64,000 bases of DNA from Octopus sinensis (lineage: Eukaryota): assembly GCF_006345805.1 (NCBI RefSeq), contig NC_042997.1:209312001-209376000 (forward strand), written 5' to 3'. Position 1 is the first letter of the stretch. Every line of letters starts with the position of its first letter. This document shows positions 1-12,160 of the stretch, piece after piece. Made by a program: the position numbers and the translations under genes. The notes under the pieces are model-generated. The model searched no databases, was not told the origin of the DNA, and saw only the letters and a list, made by a program, of their open reading frames with translations.

Positions 1-110
1 ATGTATGTATGTATGTATGCATGTATTTATGTATGTATGTGTATGTATGTATGTATGCATGTAATGTATGTAGTATGTATGTATGTATGTATATATATAT
101 ATATATATAA

Positions 111-418
111 TCAATCATCATCATCATCGTTTAACGTCCGTTCTCCCATGCGAGCATGGGTTGGACGGTCGACCGGGTTCTGGGAAGCCAGAAGGCTGCA
201 CCAGGCTCCATCTAATCTGGCAATGTTTCTCTACAGCTGGATGCCCTTCCTAACGCCAACCACTCCGTGAGTGTAGTGGGTGCTTTTTACGTGCCACCTG
301 CACAGGTGCCAGCAAGGCTGGCAATGGCCACGGTCGGATTGGTGTATTTTACGTGCCACCGGCACGGAAGCCAGTCGAGGCAGTGCTGGCATCGGCCACG
401 GGTCGGATAGTGCTTTAA
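111..418 (-). mobile_element. Short retroposon family A (GAT-tailed, probably RTE-related)
   Basis: Shares the core GGTTGGCGTTAGGAAGGGCATCCAGCTGTAG...CCAACCCATGC..GCATGG..AACGGACGTTAAACGATGATG with copies at about 1211-1359, 2030-2250, 2270-2503, 9408-9760, 15074-15275, 19270-19475, 22430-22990, 25822-26070 and 28880-29302. Confidence 0.8.
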
Positions 419-419
419 C

Positions 420-1177
420 TTATAAATAAGGGTAAACGAAAAAATTTCTAATGCCAAATATGCCGAAAATTGGACATATTGTCCATTTACCATATAATTT
501 TTTTCCCAGTACGCACGCTACTCGAAAAAAGGTCGACAGAAATCTCTATAAAATTTCATTATTACCATATCGGACCGATTTCAGGGTTAGTTCAAAAAGA
601 ACCCTCCCTTCGTCAATAAGGGCAAACAAATTTAACCTTTAAAGGTATTTTTTAATATGCTGGCCATTGATAAAATTTTTTTTAGAAAAAATTTTATCCT
701 GCATTAGATATAAATTTAAGTGTTCACTTCTGGACTCTCCCACTCTGTGAGTGCCTCAGTTCAAATCGCACATGTCTTGAAATGGGCTGGAGTATTTTGG
801 ATTTATTTGGGGTACTTAGTTGTGCACATGACTTAGTGTTTGCTTCTTCCATGGGTATGAGTAAGTATTTCATTTATTTCTTTGCCACATGTATTACTGA
901 CGAAGGGAGGGCTGTTATAAGCTAACTCTGAAATCGGTCCGATATGGTAATAATGGAATTTTATAGAGATTTCTGTCAACCTTTTTTTGAGTAGCGTGCG
1001 TATTGTGAAAAATTATATGGTTACGGACACTGTGTCTAATTTCGGCATATTTGGCATTTGAAATTTTTTCGTTTGCCCTTATTTATAAGTTGTTTATAAT
1101 TTAACCTTTAATGGTATTTTTTAATATGCTGGCCATTGATAAAATTTTTTTTCGAAAAAATTTTATCCTACATTAGA

Positions 1178-1180
<3 letters not shown>
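420..1180. mobile_element. PLE-like terminal repeat family E with hammerhead ribozyme, inverted plus direct copies
   Basis: 420-616 is the reverse complement of part of 897-1090, and 630-712 repeats 1098-1180. The same family is at 27029-27355. Ends in (TA)n. Confidence 0.7.
891..950 (+). ncRNA. Hammerhead ribozyme motif (type I, family E)
   Basis: gtatta-CTGACGA-aggg...ctct-GAAA-tcggtccga-TA-tggtaa. An inverted copy with a TTGACGA core lies at 562-616. Confidence 0.6.
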
Positions 1181-1212
<32 letters not shown>

Positions 1213-1547
1213 GCGTTAGGAAGGGCATCAAGCCGTAGAAACATTGCCAGATCAAACTGGGCCTGGTGCAGCCTTCTGGCTTCCCAGACCCCAGTTGAAC
1301 CATCCAACCCATGCTAGCATGGAAAGCGAACGCTAAACGATGATGATGATGATGATGATATATGTACATATGTATGTATGTATATCTATCTATTTTTTAT
1401 TTTCTGTCCCTGTTTATTTCTGTGTTCCTTTTTGTCGAAGAGCATAGGTGCGAAACATAAATGACTTTCTCACTTCTCAAGCGCTAAACTAATAAATCTG
1501 TTTGTTGTTTACACACACGTCTTCGTCTTTTGTTTTATGTAAATTCT

Positions 1548-1589
1548 ATCAATCTATCTACCTATCTATCTATCTATCTATCTATCTAT

Positions 1590-1620
<31 letters not shown>

Positions 1621-1682
1621 TATATAATATATATGTATCTATATATATATATATGCCTATCTATCTATCTATCTATCTATAT

Positions 1683-1717
<35 letters not shown>

Positions 1718-1810
1718 GCATATATATATATATTATATTGCCTATCTATCTATCTATCTATCTATCTATATATATATATATATATATTATATCTCTGTCT
1801 GTCTGTCTCC

Positions 1811-1880
<70 letters not shown>

Positions 1881-1885
1881 CATAA

Positions 1886-1945
<60 letters not shown>

Positions 1946-2003
1946 ATACATATATAATATATATATATAATATATATATAATATATATATATATATAATA
2001 TAT
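1548..2003. repeat. (TATC)n/(TA)n compound microsatellite
   Basis: Visible directly. Confidence 0.95.
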
Positions 2004-2535
2004 AAATCAAAAATCACAATCAGAACTCAATCAAAAATGGAAATTGTACTCCATGGCTGATGCGAGTTCCGCCTCACTGGATCCTGTGTCGGTGGCACAT
2101 AAATAGCACCCACTGATGTCGGGAACAACACCCAGCTGTAGAAACATTGCCAGACCAGATTGGAGCCTGGTGCAGCCACTGGCTTTCCAGACCCCAGTCA
2201 AACTGTCCAACCCATGCCAGTATGGAAAACGGATGATGATGATGATGATATATATATATGTATGTATGTTACTGGCACTTTCGAGCAATATTGTTGCCAG
2301 AGCTGCTGGACTGGCTCCTGTGCAGGTGGCACATAAAAAGCACCCACTACACTCTCAGAATGGTTGGCATTAGGAAGGGCATCCAGCTGTAGAAACTCTG
2401 CCAGATCAAGATTGAAGCCTGGTGCAGCCATCTGGTTCGCCAGCCCTCAGTCAAAATTGTCCAACCCATACTAGCATAGAAAGCGGACGATGCTGATGAT
2501 GATATATGTATAATATATATATATATATATATATA

Positions 2536-2930
2536 GGCGCAGGAATGGCTGTGTGGTAAGTAACTTGTTTATCAACCACACATGGTTCCTGGTTCAGTCC
2601 CACTGCGTGGCACCTTGGGCAAGTGTCTTCTACTATAGCCTCATGCCGAACCAAGCCCTGTGAGTGGATTTGGTAGACGGAACTGAAAGAAGCCGTCGTA
2701 TATATGTATATATATATATATATGCATGTGTGTGTTTGTCCCCCTAGCATTGCTGGACAACCGATGCTGGTGTGTTTATGTCCCCGTTACTTAGCGGTTC
2801 GGCAAAAGAGAACGATAGAATAAGTACTGGGCTTACAAAGAATAATTCCGGGTTGAGTTGCTTGATTAAAGGCGGTGCTCCAGCATGGCCGCAGTCAAAT
2901 GACTGAAACAAGTAGAAGAGTAAAAAGAGT
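2536..2930 (+). mobile_element. tRNA-derived SINE family B (CORE-like, with internal microsatellite)
   Basis: A box TGGCTGTGTGG, B box GGTTCAGTCCC, CORE-like ACCTTGGGCAAGTG, central (TA)/(TG)n and conserved 3' CCAGCATGGCCGCAGTCAAATGACTGAAACAAG. Other copies at about 20130-20565, 25170-25645, 28225-28570(-), 36178-36450, 40005-40368(-) and 49030-49430(-), plus many half copies. Confidence 0.85.
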
Positions 2931-2956
2931 ATATATATATATATTATATATATATA

Positions 2957-3137
2957 CAATTGCAGCATGGAAGGTGTTTGTAAGCCTTTAAGAAACACAC
3001 AAAAGCCGTTCGATTCACGTCAACATTTAAGTTAATTTGGTCAAAATTTTTGACAAATTAACTTAAGTGTTGAAGTGAATCGAACGGCTTTTGTGTGTTT
3101 CTTAAATGGCTTACAAACACCTTCCACGCTGCAATTG
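2957..3137. repeat. About 180-bp near-perfect palindrome of a dispersed repeat
   Basis: CAATTGCAGCATGGAAGGTG...TCAAAA|TTTTGA...CACCTTCCACGCTGCAATTG. One arm matches 54327-54440. Confidence 0.85.
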
Positions 3138-3202
3138 TTTTCGTTTCAGCACACGATCTCAGATCAAGTCACTTGCTATGTAAGTACATCTCCCTATATA
3201 TA

Positions 3203-3461
3203 TATAATCCAATGAATATTAACAGACGATGGATAATTGTCAGCTCATTACAGCTGTTTCTTATTCACCTTTTTAAACAGAAGAATGAGACGTCCCTGCT
3301 GTATTCTTGGGATATTCTTTTGTTTTTGAAATTATGTTTCATCGGACAATTACATTTTTTTGCAATGGAGTACTGTTCTCATTCTTCTATTAAAAATGCA
3401 TAATTAACAGCTGTAATGAGCTGCCAATTACCCATCGTCAGTTAATATTCATTTGATTATA
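3203..3461. repeat. Inverted repeat (about 55-bp arms), PLE-like remnant
   Basis: 3203-3257 is the reverse complement of 3406-3461. The left arm read on the minus strand has GAAA-CAGCTG-TA, the 3' half of an HHR. Confidence 0.6.
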
Positions 3462-3707
3462 ATACACCAAGGAGATTAACAACTTGTCGGACACCCTAGA
3501 GTATACCAACAACATACTATTCAAAGTAATGCATGCTTTAGGCCAGCCCCTTAGGTTCTAAATACTCATTGGGTTGGTTTTCTCTGTGTACACAACTGAA
3601 ATATCCTATTTGATACTTACCAACCATAGGCCAGAGCCACAGGTTTAACCGACTCTACCTGGTACATATCTTTGCAAGTACTTGATTCTATCTGAATCCT
3701 TATTTCA

Positions 3708-3709
<2 letters not shown>

Positions 3710-3748
<39 letters not shown>

Positions 3749-3939
3749 GATAGCTAAGTAGGTAAGTTGGTAGGTGGTGGATAGATGGATGGACGGACAG
3801 ACAGACGGACGGACAGACAGACAGATAGATAGACAGGCAGACAGACAGATAGATAAGTAGGTAGGTAGGTGGTGGATGAATGGATGGACGGACAGGCAGA
3901 CGGACGGACAGACAGACAGATAGATAGATAGATAGATAG

Positions 3940-3973
<34 letters not shown>

Positions 3974-4017
3974 TAGATATATGAGATAGATAGATAGATA
4001 GATAGACATATATATAT

Positions 4018-4049
<32 letters not shown>

Positions 4050-4123
4050 GTAGATAGATTGATAAATAGATAGATAGGTAGGTAGCTAGGCAGGTAGGTA
4101 GGTGGTGGATGGACGGACGGATG

Positions 4124-4210
<87 letters not shown>
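3710..4210. repeat. Compound (GATA/GACA/GGTA/GGAT)n microsatellite
   Basis: Visible directly. It continues at 6503-6900 on the other side of the LINE. Confidence 0.95.
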
Positions 4211-4212
<2 letters not shown>

Positions 4213-6502
4213 GTTTCTTTATTGGCCACACAAGGCTGCACACAGATGGGACCAGTTACAAGGTAGAGCTTTTCTTTTGGGGGATGAAAAAAACAAAAAG
4301 CAAAAATCAAAAGAAAAAAATAAGAAAAAAGGTGGCATAGGTTTTTCGATCAAAAGGGATCGTAAAAGGGAAAAAAGAACAAAAAATATAAAAAAGGAAA
4401 GGAACCAAAGAAAAGATAAATGAAAAAAAGAAGAAAAAAGGGGAAAAAGGAAGAGGAAAAAAAACGATCAATGGGATCGTGTATCACAGTGTTTATGATG
4501 TATGTGTAAAGGGGAAAGCCAGTAAGGTTTATCCGTGGGAAGAAAAGCCTACGAAAAAGACCACGGTAACCTGGTCAATATTGTTATATGTTACCACATT
4601 TGTTTGCAAGTGGGTAACCCTCTGTTTTCAATTTCTGGGTTCATAGGACTATGCTCAAGGTGGCTTCGTCATTCATACGTGCCATTCTTGCTACATTCCC
4701 CATCTTTTTTTAAAACATTCGCTAGACAAAACTTGCCTCTCTACTCTCACTTTCCTTTTCAAGTGGTACTTGAAGAAGTTGTTATGAGAGATTGACCAGA
4801 GAGGAAAGTGTTTGTCTCCATCCTTTCAGACGCGTCCACCAGATACATTCTTTCGCCATAGCCACAAGGATGATGAAAATAGCTCTTCCTCCCGTTTGAA
4901 GGAAGGAGCGTGACAATATTGACGATAGACTCAGCTGATAAACCAACTCGTCCCACACGTGATAGCAGTTGTTCGACATAAGCCCACAGGTCGGAAATTG
5001 TTGGACACTGCACGAGTGCGTGCAGAATGGTTTCGTCGCTCTGGCGGCATCTCGGGCAGGTCGGCCCCGTGTTCCTCGAGCCGTGTCTGTAGAGCTTAAC
5101 CCGAATGGGTAGCGCTTCTCGGTAGCACTGCCAGGCCAGGGATCTCTGGAAGTTGTCCATGGGCCCTGGCCCGAAAGTTGTCCCGAACAGGTGGGTCAGG
5201 TACTCCTCGTCGACGTCCAGGTTCGCCCTGAGCTCGTCGTCGTACCTCCCCTCCACTAATCCCCTATAGAATGCTTTAGTTGTGATGAAGTCACTCAAGG
5301 TCGACCCAGGACAGAAGAGTTCCTTGAGAGCAACGCGACACTCGCGGTGCCATTCACCCTTCCTTGGCCTCTTTTTGATCCACAACTGCAGTTCGGTCAT
5401 GGAGACAAGCTGCGGGAAAGCGTGCCTCACAAACGGCGACCACACCTGTTCACAGTCGTCTACGAAGAGCCTGAGATGTCGCAGTCTCAGCGCGTGTCTG
5501 CGCATCATCAACCACGGCATGCCCAGTCCTCCTTTTAACGGGTGTTGACAGCAAATGGATCGTCTGACCATCGGGACGCATCCTTTCCACAAGAAGGTGA
5601 TGGTAGGGTCAGGACAAGGCACAATGGTCAGGCGGTAGTAGATGACGGACGCGATGTACGTGTTCGCCACCTCCGCCCGACCTTTTAGGGACAGTTTCCT
5701 CTCGGCCCATTGCCGGGCGAGAGTGACCACCCTACTCGTTATCTCGTTCCAGTTCTTTTCCACTTGGAGGTCCGGACCGAACCAGACCCCGAGCAACTCA
5801 ACCGGGCCGTCGGTCCAGCGTCCCATGACAGAGGCGCTGGTGGACGGCATGGGCTTGCTTCTCCAGGTGCCTAGTCGCAAGCCCACTGACTTTTCCCGGT
5901 TGATTTTCGCTCCTGTCACCGCTTCGTAGTTTTTCAGTGTCTCGCCGACCTGCTCGATGTGCTCATGGCTAGACACTATGACGGTGACGTCATCCGCGTA
6001 TGCAGACACACTCGTCCCACATCCCAGTTCTCGCGTGATGCCCCTCAAAGTTGCCAGCTTCCGCAATAATGGCTCGAGAGTCAATACGTATAGAAGCGAC
6101 GAGAGGGGGCATCCCTGACGGACCGAACATGCGATGTCGAAAGGTCTCGATAGATGTCCATTTACGTGAATTACCGAACGGATGCCTCTGTACAAAGCGG
6201 CTATCCAGCCGCGGAAGACGGGACCGAAGCCAGCCGCTCTGAGGACCGCCTCCAAGTATCGATGGTCCACCCTATCGAAAGCTTTCGATTGATCCAAATT
6301 GATCAGCGCCCCACCCATGCCAGGTTCGTTAACTAGCCTGTCTATGATGTAGCGCATCAGGTGGTGGTTGTCATGGATGGTCTGGCCCGGCACGGCGCAT
6401 GTTTGCGCCTTGTCGACCAGTTTCTTGATGACAAGCGCCAACCTCTTGGCTAGCACCTTGGCCAAAATTTTCAAGTCTGCATTAAGCAGAGTGATGGGCC
6501 TA
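4211..6502 (-). mobile_element. 5'-truncated Tx1/L1-clade non-LTR retrotransposon
   Basis: GC-rich block with an RT ORF and a 3' UTR ending AATAAAGAAACT(TATC)n. Both flanks are GATA-type repeats. Confidence 0.9.
4782..6502 (-). pseudogene. LINE ORF2 remnant: reverse transcriptase plus zf-RVT
   Basis: Motifs [43 protein letters not shown] and [15 protein letters not shown]. Frameshift near 4900 (the C-terminus continues as [18 protein letters not shown]). The first ~135 aa of ORF 4759..6918 are microsatellite. Confidence 0.9.
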
Positions 6503-6900
<398 letters not shown>

Positions 6901-7539
6901 CACTGTTGTGTAGTACACAGTGAGTCAGCAGTTACTTCCATCCAGATATTCATCTCTGAATTAATACCCAGGTGGTGGATGGGGTGGATTGGGTGGGTGG
7001 TGGTGGTCAGAATATAATGGAAGACCGACTCGTAAACAAGCACAACAGACCGAGCCAACAAATAAACAGATAGACCGGAAATCAATGTAAACAGACGGGA
7101 AATAAAGTGCTTAACGGCAGCAAGAGAGAGAGAGAGAGAGAGAAATGCCATGATTATTATTATGACTGATTCAAAGAGACAAGAGCAAATGGTTCTTCTG
7201 TTCGTATTATGGTTAGAAATGGCTGATAGAATTTTTTCTGTCTTAACTGAAAGTTAATCAAAGATGAGGTGGACGAAAATTGCCTCTGACCAAACTATAA
7301 ACGTTGGTTGCAATGCAGATAGATTATCTGAGTAGTTTTACACAAGACCTACATTCGACCTAATCATAATCGAATGGGTTGTTATGTGTTGTTATTGATG
7401 TTGTTATGGTTACGGCTGTTCCTGGAATAAATATGTTTTTGTGTGTCAGGGAGTGATATCTTTCAGTTTTTACTTCTTTCAATCTCTCCACCACGGCCAT
7501 GCTGGGGGCACTGGCTTGAAGAATTTCACTTGAATGAAT

Positions 7540-7951
7540 GGATTTTTTCTGTTTGACCGGCAGTTTTTAACATAATTTCTAGGTAACTAAAAAATTTTAA
7601 ACTTTGTATACTGACAGAATGTGTTTATAAAACATCTTTTTCTCTTGGTTTTATTGAGAAAATTCTATAGTTTGTAAGATATTTGTTGTTCTTTTTCTTC
7701 AATTTCTGCAATTTCAACCAATCACTGACGTCTGTTGAGGTGAAAACATTCTGTGCCGTATGAATATGTCCCTCGTTTAAGAAACAGATTGGGTTTATTT
7801 ACATTTGTGAAGAAACAAAATATACCCTTCCCCCCACCCCTAACCCTAAAATAGATTGAAATGCAATAGATCGATACTAGGGTCATAATTATGGGTGACA
7901 ATTTCATATGACACCGCTAGAAAAAACTGCCATTCAAACCGAAAAGATCCT
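7540..7951. mobile_element. MITE with about 28-bp TIRs
   Basis: GGATTTTTTCTGTTTGACCGGCAGTTTTT ... AAAAACTGCCATTCAAACCGAAAAGATCC, with internal CCCTAACCCTAA. Confidence 0.7.
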
Positions 7952-8030
7952 TTACTTCTTTCAGTCTCTCGACCACGGCCATGCTGGGGGCACTGGCTTG
8001 AAGAATTTTAGTTGAATGAATTAACAGCAG

Positions 8031-8270
8031 GGTACTACTTGAGAACAGTGGTCCCGGTGCGGGCACTCGCACATCCGCGCTCGCTAGTCGTGACTAGTCG
8101 ATCCTTACTTTGTGTTTTTGTTTTATTTACTTTGTGTAAAAAAATTATTTATTTTGTGTTTTATTTACTTTGCTAGGTAGTCGTTGTAGGATCGACTAGT
8201 CACGACTAGCTAGCGCGGATGCGCGACTACGCGAGTGCGCGCACCGGGACCACTCTTCTTAAGTAGTACC
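8031..8270. mobile_element. GC-rich foldback MITE (about 77-bp TIRs)
   Basis: GGTACTACTTGAGAACAGTGGTCCCGGTGCG... versus ...CGCACCGGGACCACTCTTCTTAAGTAGTACC, with an AT-rich spacer. Confidence 0.8.
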
Positions 8271-8440
8271 GAAATTTTATAGAAATACCATTCAAATGGC
8301 ACAGATTACTATTATAAGAAAAATTTGTGGGGAAAATGTTTTCCGAAGGGATAGGGAGAGGACTGTCCGTTTTTTCCCCTCATAACTTTCAGGATCTAGT
8401 ATAGCACCCAGTCACCAAAACGAAAAAAAAGAAGAAAAAA

Positions 8441-8790
8441 GCAGTCTACTAGGTGTAAAAAGAACATTTAGAAAACGAATATTATAACAAAAATTTGCGC
8501 AAACGAACGGGCTATTAGTGGAGAGAGGACTTTCGGAAAATTCACAAGATCAGATTTTTTCCCTCATAACTTTTCCCCATGAACTTCTTTATAATCGTAA
8601 TCTATGCTGTTTGAAAAAGGTTTCAGCAAAATTTCATTGAAAAATATCCATTTTCCTGAAAGTTATGAGGGAAAAAATCGGATCGTGTGAATTTTCCGAA
8701 ATCCTCTCCCACCCATCGCCCGTCCGTTTGCACAAATTTTTGTTTTCATATTCGTTTTCTGCACGTTTTTTTTTAAAACCTAGTAGACTG
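8441..8790. mobile_element. Foldback MITE (about 130-bp TIRs)
   Basis: GCAGTCTACTAGG...CCCTCATAACTTT versus AAAGTTATGAGGG...CCTAGTAGACTGC. A related partial copy is at 8271-8400. Confidence 0.75.
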
Positions 8791-9400
8791 CTTAGCGGTA
8801 TTTCATCTGTCTTTACAATCTGAGTTCAAATTCCGCTGAAGTCAACTTTGATTTTTGTCCTTTTGGAGTCAATAAATTAAGTATCAGTTGCGTATTGGGG
8901 TCAATCTAATCAACTGGCTCCCTCCCCAAAAATTTCGGGCCTTGTGTAGAAAAGAATATTTTTTATATATCAAGGTAGCAAGCTAGCAGAAACATTAGCA
9001 CACCGAACGAAATGCTTAGCAGTATTTCATCTGTCTTTATGTTCTGAGTTCAAGTTCCACTGAGGTCGACTTTGCCTTTCAACCTTTCGGGGTCGATAAA
9101 TTAAGTACCAGTTGTGTACTGAGTCGATCTACTCAACTGGCCCTCCCCTCAAAATCTCAGGCCTTGTGCCTAGAGTAGAATAAAATATTTTTTATATATT
9201 AAGGTAGCGAGCTGGCAGAAATGTTAGCATGCCGAGCAAAATGGTTAGGGGTATTTCATGTCTTTGTTTTCTGAGTTCAAATTCTGCCGAGGTCGACTTT
9301 GCCATTCAACCTTTAGGGGTTGATAAATTAACTACCAGTTATTGACTGGGTCCCTTCCCAAAAATTTCAGGTATTGTGCCTAGAGTAGAAAAGAATATTT
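8788..9400 (+). mobile_element. Tandem trimer of tRNA-derived SINE family C
   Basis: Three head-to-tail units with B box GAGTTCAAATTCC and the central block GTCGACTTTGCCTTTCA.CCTTTCGGGGTCGATAAATTAAGTACCAG. Confidence 0.85.
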
Positions 9401-11432
9401 TTTGTACATCATCATCATCATCATCATCATCGTTTAACGTCCGTTCTCCATGCTAGCATGGGTTGGACGGTTCGACCGGGGATCTGGGAAGCCAGGAGGC
9501 TGCACCAGGCTCCGGTCTTATCTGGCAAAGTTTCTACAGCTGGATGCCCTTCCTAACGCCAACCACTCCGTGAGTGTAGTGGGTGCTTTTTACGTGCCAC
9601 CTGCACTGGTGCCAGGCGAGGCTGGCATCGGCCACGGTCGGATTGGTGCATTTTATGGAAGCCAGTCAAGGCGGCACTGGCTTTGGCTACGATTCGGATG
9701 GTGCTTTTTATGTGCCACCGACACGGAAGCCAGTCGAGGCGGCACTGGCATCAGCCACAATTCGGACTTTCCAAAATTGCTTGTCCTTACATTTACTCCT
9801 CTACGTCTTCAAGCTTAAATCTCTTGAGCACTACGAAGTGTATTCTCTTCAGAAATTACCTGTCTATAAACTATATATATATATATAAGTGTATGTGTGT
9901 GTTTTTATGTCTGTGTTTGTTCCTCACCACCACTTCACAACCGATGTTGGTGTGTTTACATCCCCGTGTCTTAGCGTTTCGACAAAAGAGACTGATCGAA
10001 TAAGTACCGGGCTTTAAAAAAGGAAGAAAAAGCAAGAAAAATTACTGGAGTTGATTTCTTCCAACTAAAAAATTCTTCAAGGCAGTCTCCCCCCCCCCCC
10101 CGTGCACCCGGAAGTCTAATGACTGAAACAAGTGAAAGATGAAAGACAAATCTGTGTTGCTATAGTTATAGATATTGGTGATGATGATGATGAGGAGGAG
10201 GAGGAGGAGGAGGAGGAGGAATGGTGGTGGAATTCATGTTAACCGTGATGGGGAACATTGCTGATGGACTCAAATGTATTTTTTAAATTATCCTGAGATT
10301 TTCTAATTAAGGAAAATATACGTTATCGCTAGAAAAGTCACATGGTTTATACAGAACTATGGAATCTATTTGTTGAGAGCAGGAACACACACACACACAC
10401 ACACACACACAGACCACATATATAACTTTTTATCCCCCCCCCCATTGCCATCTTTCCACATGTCTATCTCTCTATATTATCCTGCAATAATTTGCTTGTC
10501 CCTTTCACTTACCCCCCTTTCCCCCCTCTCTCTCTCTCTCTTACTCTCTGACTCCTTAACTCCTCACCCCTCGTTCTCTTTTACCTCCTGATTCCCCTCC
10601 CCCCCACTCTTCCCAATTAGTTCCAACAACATTATTTTGTTTTGCCACAATTCTTCTCTCCTTATTTTCACTAATTTCTTCTGCAGGAATTCCATAAAAT
10701 GGGACCAACTTTGGTCCTTAATGACAAGCATTCTTTCAGACAGCTTCCCTCTTCCACCATCTCTCTCTTTCTCTCTCTCTCCCTCCCTTATTCCTCCCTC
10801 TTCTTGCTAGCCCTCCCACCATTCCCCTTTCTTCCTCTCTCTCTGTTTTTGCTCCAAGCTCTCTCTCTCCTTTTATTCTATATCTTTATCTTCACGCCTG
10901 CCCAGCCCATCATTTCACACACACACACATCCCTAGATCCAAGTATCAGTAACATCTCCAGAAAGTTCACTCAACAAAAACCTGGTCTCCATTAACAACA
11001 CTTACCCTTGTTCCCCCCCCCCGAACCCCACCGCACCATTTATGACATTGCAGCTAATGTCTGGTTGTTTATCCATTGTTGTAAATTGTTACCCCAACAA
11101 CTCTTTCTGTGAAGGTGTGTGGGGGGATGGCCTAGTAATTTGTTGCACTTACAATCACAAGGATTCTTGTTTCAATTCCTGGGCCAGGCAATGCATTGTA
11201 TTTGTGAGCAAAACATTTTATTTTATATTTTGCACCAGTTCACTCAGCTGTGAAAGGGTGACCCTGTAATCAGCTGGTGTCCCTTTCAGGGAAAATATTG
11301 TGATCTTTGTCACATATAGACACACAGGAAACAGGGTTAAACTGTCGTCCTATGAGCCTTAGGACATGAGTCAGTAATATGCAGGGGTTGCTGTTGTTAG
11401 TTAGTAATTATTATTATTATTATTATTTTGCT

Positions 11433-12160
11433 AGGCGAACTGGCAGAATCGTTAGCATGCCAGATGAAATGCTTAGTGGTATGTTCTGAGTTCAAATTCT
11501 GCCATGGTCAACTTCCAGGGTCAATAAAATAAGTACCAGTTGAACACTGGGGTCAGTTTAATTGACTCATCCCCTCCCTCAAAACTGCTGCCCTTGTGGC
11601 AAAATTTGAAACCTTTATTATTATTTTGCTATCAAGGCAGCGAGCTAGCAGAATTGTTAGCATGCCAGGTGAAATGCTTAGAGGTATTTCATCTGCTGAA
11701 GGCGGCGAACTGGCAGAAACGTTAGCACGCCGGGCGAAATGCTGAGCGGTATTTTGTCTGCCATTACGTTCTGAGTTCAAATTCCTCCGAGGTCGACTTT
11801 GCCTTTCATCCTTTCGGGGTCAATTAAATAAGTACCAGTTATGCACTGGGGTCGATATAATCGACGTAATCCATTTGTCTGTCCTTGTTTGTCCCCTCTG
11901 TGTTTAGCCCCTTGTGGGTAGTAGAGAAATAGATATTTCATCTGCTGCTACATTCTGAGTTCAAATTCCGTCGAGGTTGACTTTGCCTTTCATCCTTTCA
12001 GGGTCGATAAATAAAGTACCAGTTTTGCACTGGGGTCGATGTAATCGATTTAATCCCTTCGTCTGTCCTTCTTTGCCCCTCTATGTTTAGCCCCTTGTGG
12101 ACAATAAAGAAATATATAATTGACTAGCTCCCTTCCCCAAAATTTTCAAGGCCTTAGCCA
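11433..12160 (+). mobile_element. Nested and tandem cluster of SINE family C
   Basis: At least four overlapping copies. Further copies at 18830-19027(-), 24370-24730(-, two), 37893-38125(+) and 40930-41131(-). Confidence 0.85.
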
